Shown here piece by piece: positions 61,364 through 64,000 of a stretch of DNA of 64,000 nucleotides. Position 1 is the first letter of the stretch, and each line of letters opens with the position of its first letter. The notes beneath the pieces were generated by a model. The model ran no database searches and had not been told where the DNA came from. It was given only the letters and a program-made list of their open reading frames with translations. A program made the translations under genes and the position numbers. Source of the stretch: an uncultured Sulfuricella sp. (GTDB lineage Bacteria; Pseudomonadota; Gammaproteobacteria; Burkholderiales; Sulfuricellaceae); contig CAMTYG010000024.1 in the NCBI GenBank assembly GCA_947085875.1, positions 6,148-70,147 of the forward strand, given 5' to 3'.

Positions 61364-61444
61364 CAACCCCACGGGGACATTCATTGTCCCTCTGGGGCGT
61401 GGTGTCTCCGTTTTTTTGTTTCAACAAAAAGGAGAGACACCATG
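61364..61444 (+). promoter_or_regulatory. Structured leader element copy 6
   Basis: GGGACA-TTCAT-TGTCCC, CGTGGTGTCTCCG T7 GTT-TC-AACAAAAAGGAGAGACACCATG. Confidence 0.85.
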
Positions 61445-62497
61445 GCATTACAGGCACTCAGAAACATCAACCGTAGCGCCGCAGCCAATAACGAGCAGCC
61501 GCAGAGCTTCCCGGCAATGCTTGAGCAGTTCAAGGGAGAAATCGCCCGCGCGCTGCCCAAGCACATCAATCCTGACCGCATGGCGCGCATTGCGCTCACG
61601 GCGTTTCGCATGACCCCGAAGCTGGGGGAGTGTGACCCGCGCAGTGTGTTTGCCGCCGTCATCCAGTCTTCGCAATTGGGGCTGGAAGTAGGGCTGATGG
61701 GCGAAGCTCACCTTGTCCCGTTTGGCAACCAGTGCCAGCTCATTCCGGGTTACACCGGACTGATGAAGCTGGCGCGCAATAGCGGATTGGTTCAGGACAT
61801 CTATGCACACGAGGTACGCATGAACGACACGTTCGCGCTGAAACTCGGCATGGAGCGGAACCTGGAGCACGAACCGCTGACTGCGCCGGGCGGCTTTCCC
61901 GCATCTGATGAAGAGCGCGGAGAGGTGGTCGGCTTCTATGCGGTAGGCGTCCTCAAGGATGGTAGCAGGACGTTTGTCGCAATGGGCGGTAAAGAAGTCG
62001 AAAGCATCCGTGATGGCAGTCGCGGCTACCAGGCAGCCAAGAAATACAAGAAGGAATCCGTCTGGGATACCGACTTTGTGGCGATGGGGCTGAAAACGGT
62101 CATCCGGCGCATCTGCAAGTTCTTGCCTAAATCACCCGAGCTGGCAACAGCACTGGCGATGGATGAAAAAGCACATGCAGGCCAAGGTCAAAACCTGAAT
62201 CTGAACGATGTGATCGACGGCAGTTACGCGCCGGTTGATGTCGCTGATGATGCGGAGGAGATCAAGGAAAAACCACCAGCCAAAACCGAGAGCCAAACGC
62301 AATCGGCAAAAGCAATGAGCCAGCTCGAAAAGCTGGACAAGGTTGTCGCGGCTTTGAAATCAGCCAGCACTGTTGAGGCATTGGATGAGATTTATATCCG
62401 TGCTGAAGTGGATTTGGAGGATGCAGAGCTTGAAGTCGCTCTGCGCGAGTATCGCAAATGCAAAGACGCGATCACCGAACAAGGCAGCCTGGTTTAA
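61442..62497 (+). CDS. recT: RecT single-strand annealing recombinase
   Basis: ALPKHI, LGLE, AHLVPF, GYTGLMKLARNSG, MGLKTVIRRICKFLPKS. Confidence 0.92.
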   Translation: MALQALRNINRSAAANNEQPQSFPAMLEQFKGEIARALPKHINPDRMARIALTAFRMTPKLGECDPRSVFAAVIQSSQLGLEVGLMGEAHLVPFGNQCQLIPGYTGLMKLARNSGLVQDIYAHEVRMNDTFALKLGMERNLEHEPLTAPGGFPASDEERGEVVGFYAVGVLKDGSRTFVAMGGKEVESIRDGSRGYQAAKKYKKESVWDTDFVAMGLKTVIRRICKFLPKSPELATALAMDEKAHAGQGQNLNLNDVIDGSYAPVDVADDAEEIKEKPPAKTESQTQSAKAMSQLEKLDKVVAALKSASTVEALDEIYIRAEVDLEDAELEVALREYRKCKDAITEQGSLV

Positions 62498-62575
62498 TCA
62501 CCCTCACGGGGACATCGTTCCCCTATGGGGCATGGTGTCCTCTTTTTTATGTTTTATCAAAGGAGAAATACCATG
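62498..62575 (+). promoter_or_regulatory. Structured leader element copy 7
   Basis: GGGGA-CATCGT-TCCCC, CATGGTGTCCTC T6, GGAGAAATACCATG. Confidence 0.85.
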
Positions 62576-63007
62576 TTGAACAAAGTGCAATTAATCGGTC
62601 GTCTGGGCAAAGACCCGGAAGTTCGTTACACCCAGGAGCGCGAAGCGGTCGCAACTGTTTCTATGGCAACTTACGAAAACTGGAAGGACAAGGCAGGCGA
62701 AAAACAGGAGAAAACCGAGTGGCACAACCTCGTGTTTTATCGCCGCCTGGCAGAAGTGGTTGGTGAGCACCTAAAAAAGGGCGCGCTAATCTATGTCGAA
62801 GGCAAGATCACGACCGAGAAGTATCAGAAAGACGGGGAGGATCGTTACGTCACAAAAATTGTTGTCTCCGAGATGAAAATGCTCGGCGGCAACAAGACGG
62901 ATGGTGAGTCCCACGTTGCAGCACCCGCACCCGCTGCGTCTGCTGCCAACAATGGCAAAACCACAAAGGCGGGCCAAAAGCCCAAATTTGACGAAGGCCC
63001 TTTCTAA
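62573..63007 (+). CDS. ssb: Single-stranded DNA-binding protein
   Basis: [25 protein letters not shown], acidic PF C-terminus. Confidence 0.95.
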   Translation: MLNKVQLIGRLGKDPEVRYTQEREAVATVSMATYENWKDKAGEKQEKTEWHNLVFYRRLAEVVGEHLKKGALIYVEGKITTEKYQKDGEDRYVTKIVVSEMKMLGGNKTDGESHVAAPAPAASAANNGKTTKAGQKPKFDEGPF

Positions 63008-63010
63008 AAT

Positions 63011-63153
63011 CAACCACCCACCGGGGGAATCATCCCCCAAGGGGTGCTTCTTTGCCGGTGGTTTTACAACCACCCGCCCACACGGGATACGCCAACACAT
63101 CCCGCCGGGTGCTTTGGCGTGTCCCATGCGGGATAGACCAAGGAGGCACCATG
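63011..63153 (+). promoter_or_regulatory. Structured leader elements copies 8 (no RBS) and 9, in tandem
   Basis: GGGGGA-ATCA-TCCCCC with CACCGG/CCGGTG+TTTT; then CGGGAT-ACGCCAACAC-ATCCCG, TTGGCGTGTCCC, AAGGAGGCACCATG. Confidence 0.7.
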
Positions 63154-64000
63154 GAAGCGAAAGAACTGAAGTTGTTGGCCGCAGGACGCTGGGAAAGCAT
63201 TGTTGCATCGCTCGCCCCGCATCTAGGCCAAGCAGTAGAGCGCACGCCGAATCATGTACCGTGCCCGGTGCATGGTGGGACAGATGGATTCAGGCTGTTT
63301 CGGGATTTTGAAGAAACAGGTGGCGGTGTGTGCAACACGTGCGGCATCCATCACGATGGATATGCGTTACTCATGTGGGCGAACGGGTGGGATTTTCTCA
63401 CTACCCACCGCGCCATACACGACATGCTGTTGGGAGGCGGCGAGAAGCATTACGCGCCCTTGCCAGCCAAAAAACCGTGTGTCAAAAAAGAGGAAAACAG
63501 GCAGGACATCCGCGATTCTCTGAATCATGTGTGGAAAGCCAGCATTCCTCTGACCGCACCCGAAGCGCGGGCAGCAAGGTTGTATTTTGCAAACCGTGGA
63601 ATCGTGCAGATCGACTATCGAAAAATTGATGGCAGGATGATCCGTTTTGTCCCTTCGCTTGAGTATTACGAAGAGGGAAAGCTGGTCAGCACCCATCCCG
63701 CCATTGTCACGATGGTGTGCGATGCAAACGGTCGTCCTTCGACCGTACATCGTTCATACATTACACGCGATGGCGAGAAAGCCAAAGTCCCGTCCCCCAA
63801 GAAAATGATGCGGCACTGTGCCGATAATTTGTTTGGTGCGATGAGGATAGCGGTACAGGGCAGCAGCAGGGTATTGGCAGTAACAGAAGGCATCGAAACA
63901 GCGCTGGCCGTCATGGGCGCTTTTAACGTGACTGTATGGGCTGCCGGCAACGCCTACTTACTGGAAAACTTTGTGCCGCCAAAAGGGGTTGATGTGGTGA
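63151..64000 (+). CDS. Zn-ribbon/TOPRIM primase-like protein, 3' end outside window
   Basis: Hand translation: MEAKELK..HVPCPVHGGTDGFR..CNTCG..VTEGIETALA; frame open to the window end. Confidence 0.85.
   Translation, partial: MEAKELKLLAAGRWESIVASLAPHLGQAVERTPNHVPCPVHGGTDGFRLFRDFEETGGGVCNTCGIHHDGYALLMWANGWDFLTTHRAIHDMLLGGGEKHYAPLPAKKPCVKKEENRQDIRDSLNHVWKASIPLTAPEARAARLYFANRGIVQIDYRKIDGRMIRFVPSLEYYEEGKLVSTHPAIVTMVCDANGRPSTVHRSYITRDGEKAKVPSPKKMMRHCADNLFGAMRIAVQGSSRVLAVTEGIETALAVMGAFNVTVWAAGNAYLLENFVPPKGVDVV

Larger units (their letters stand above)
1..64000. mobile_element. Internal part of an F-type conjugative element (SXT/R391- or IncA/C-like ICE or plasmid) with two defence cargo regions
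   Basis: MOBH relaxase, trhF/traW/traU/trbC/traN, then an acaB-like gene divergent from a recombination/ssb/primase block, as in the traN-hotspot-acaB-ssb/recombinase order of these elements. Element ends are not in the window. Confidence 0.85.

Noticed and set aside
61289-61441. Extended N-termini in the ORF track (recT; also 62525, 55174, 10021, 20446)
   Set aside because: They run through leader elements or upstream genes; strong RBSs support later starts.
54106-63153. CRISPR array or integron attC sites as explanation for the repeated leaders
   Set aside because: Copies are divergent, separated by whole genes, include the RBS, and lack RYYYAAC/GTTRRRY ends; no cas or intI gene is present.

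Overview
The window is an internal segment of a large F-type (MPF-F, MOBH relaxase) conjugative element. Its gene order resembles SXT/R391 ICEs and IncA/C plasmids. No integrase, rep gene, att site or tRNA lies in the window, so ICE versus plasmid cannot be decided. (i) 1-16049 is a BREX-related DUF499 defence operon: DUF499 ATPase, PglZ-like protein, DUF1156 adenine methylase and an SNF2 helicase with a 1-bp frameshift. Nested in it are an AAA+/subtilase (IetAS-like) pair, an ABC-ATPase/DUF4276 pair and a HEPN-like gene. (ii) 16.3-24.7 kb is the transfer block trhF-traI-traW-traU-trbC plus a split traN. (iii) 24.7-53.1 kb is a cargo hotspot between traN and an acaB-like regulator. It carries an Xre-RES toxin-antitoxin pair, a toxin pseudogene, a large nested palindrome, an OLD nuclease, SbcDC and a complete type 2 BREX/Pgl system with a Fic gene. 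(iv) 54-64 kb is an establishment/recombination region: RecE-like, DarB-like methylase-helicase, RecT, SSB and primase. The most striking unexplained signal is in region (iv). Every gene there is preceded by a copy (9 in total) of a ~70-nt element whose sequence drifts while mutually exclusive base-pairings are kept by compensatory and G-U changes: a hairpin, a terminator-like stem, and an RBS/start-codon-sequestering stem. A separate multibranch GNRA-capped RNA candidate sits before recT. Family assignments are from recognised motifs and gene order, not from database searches.
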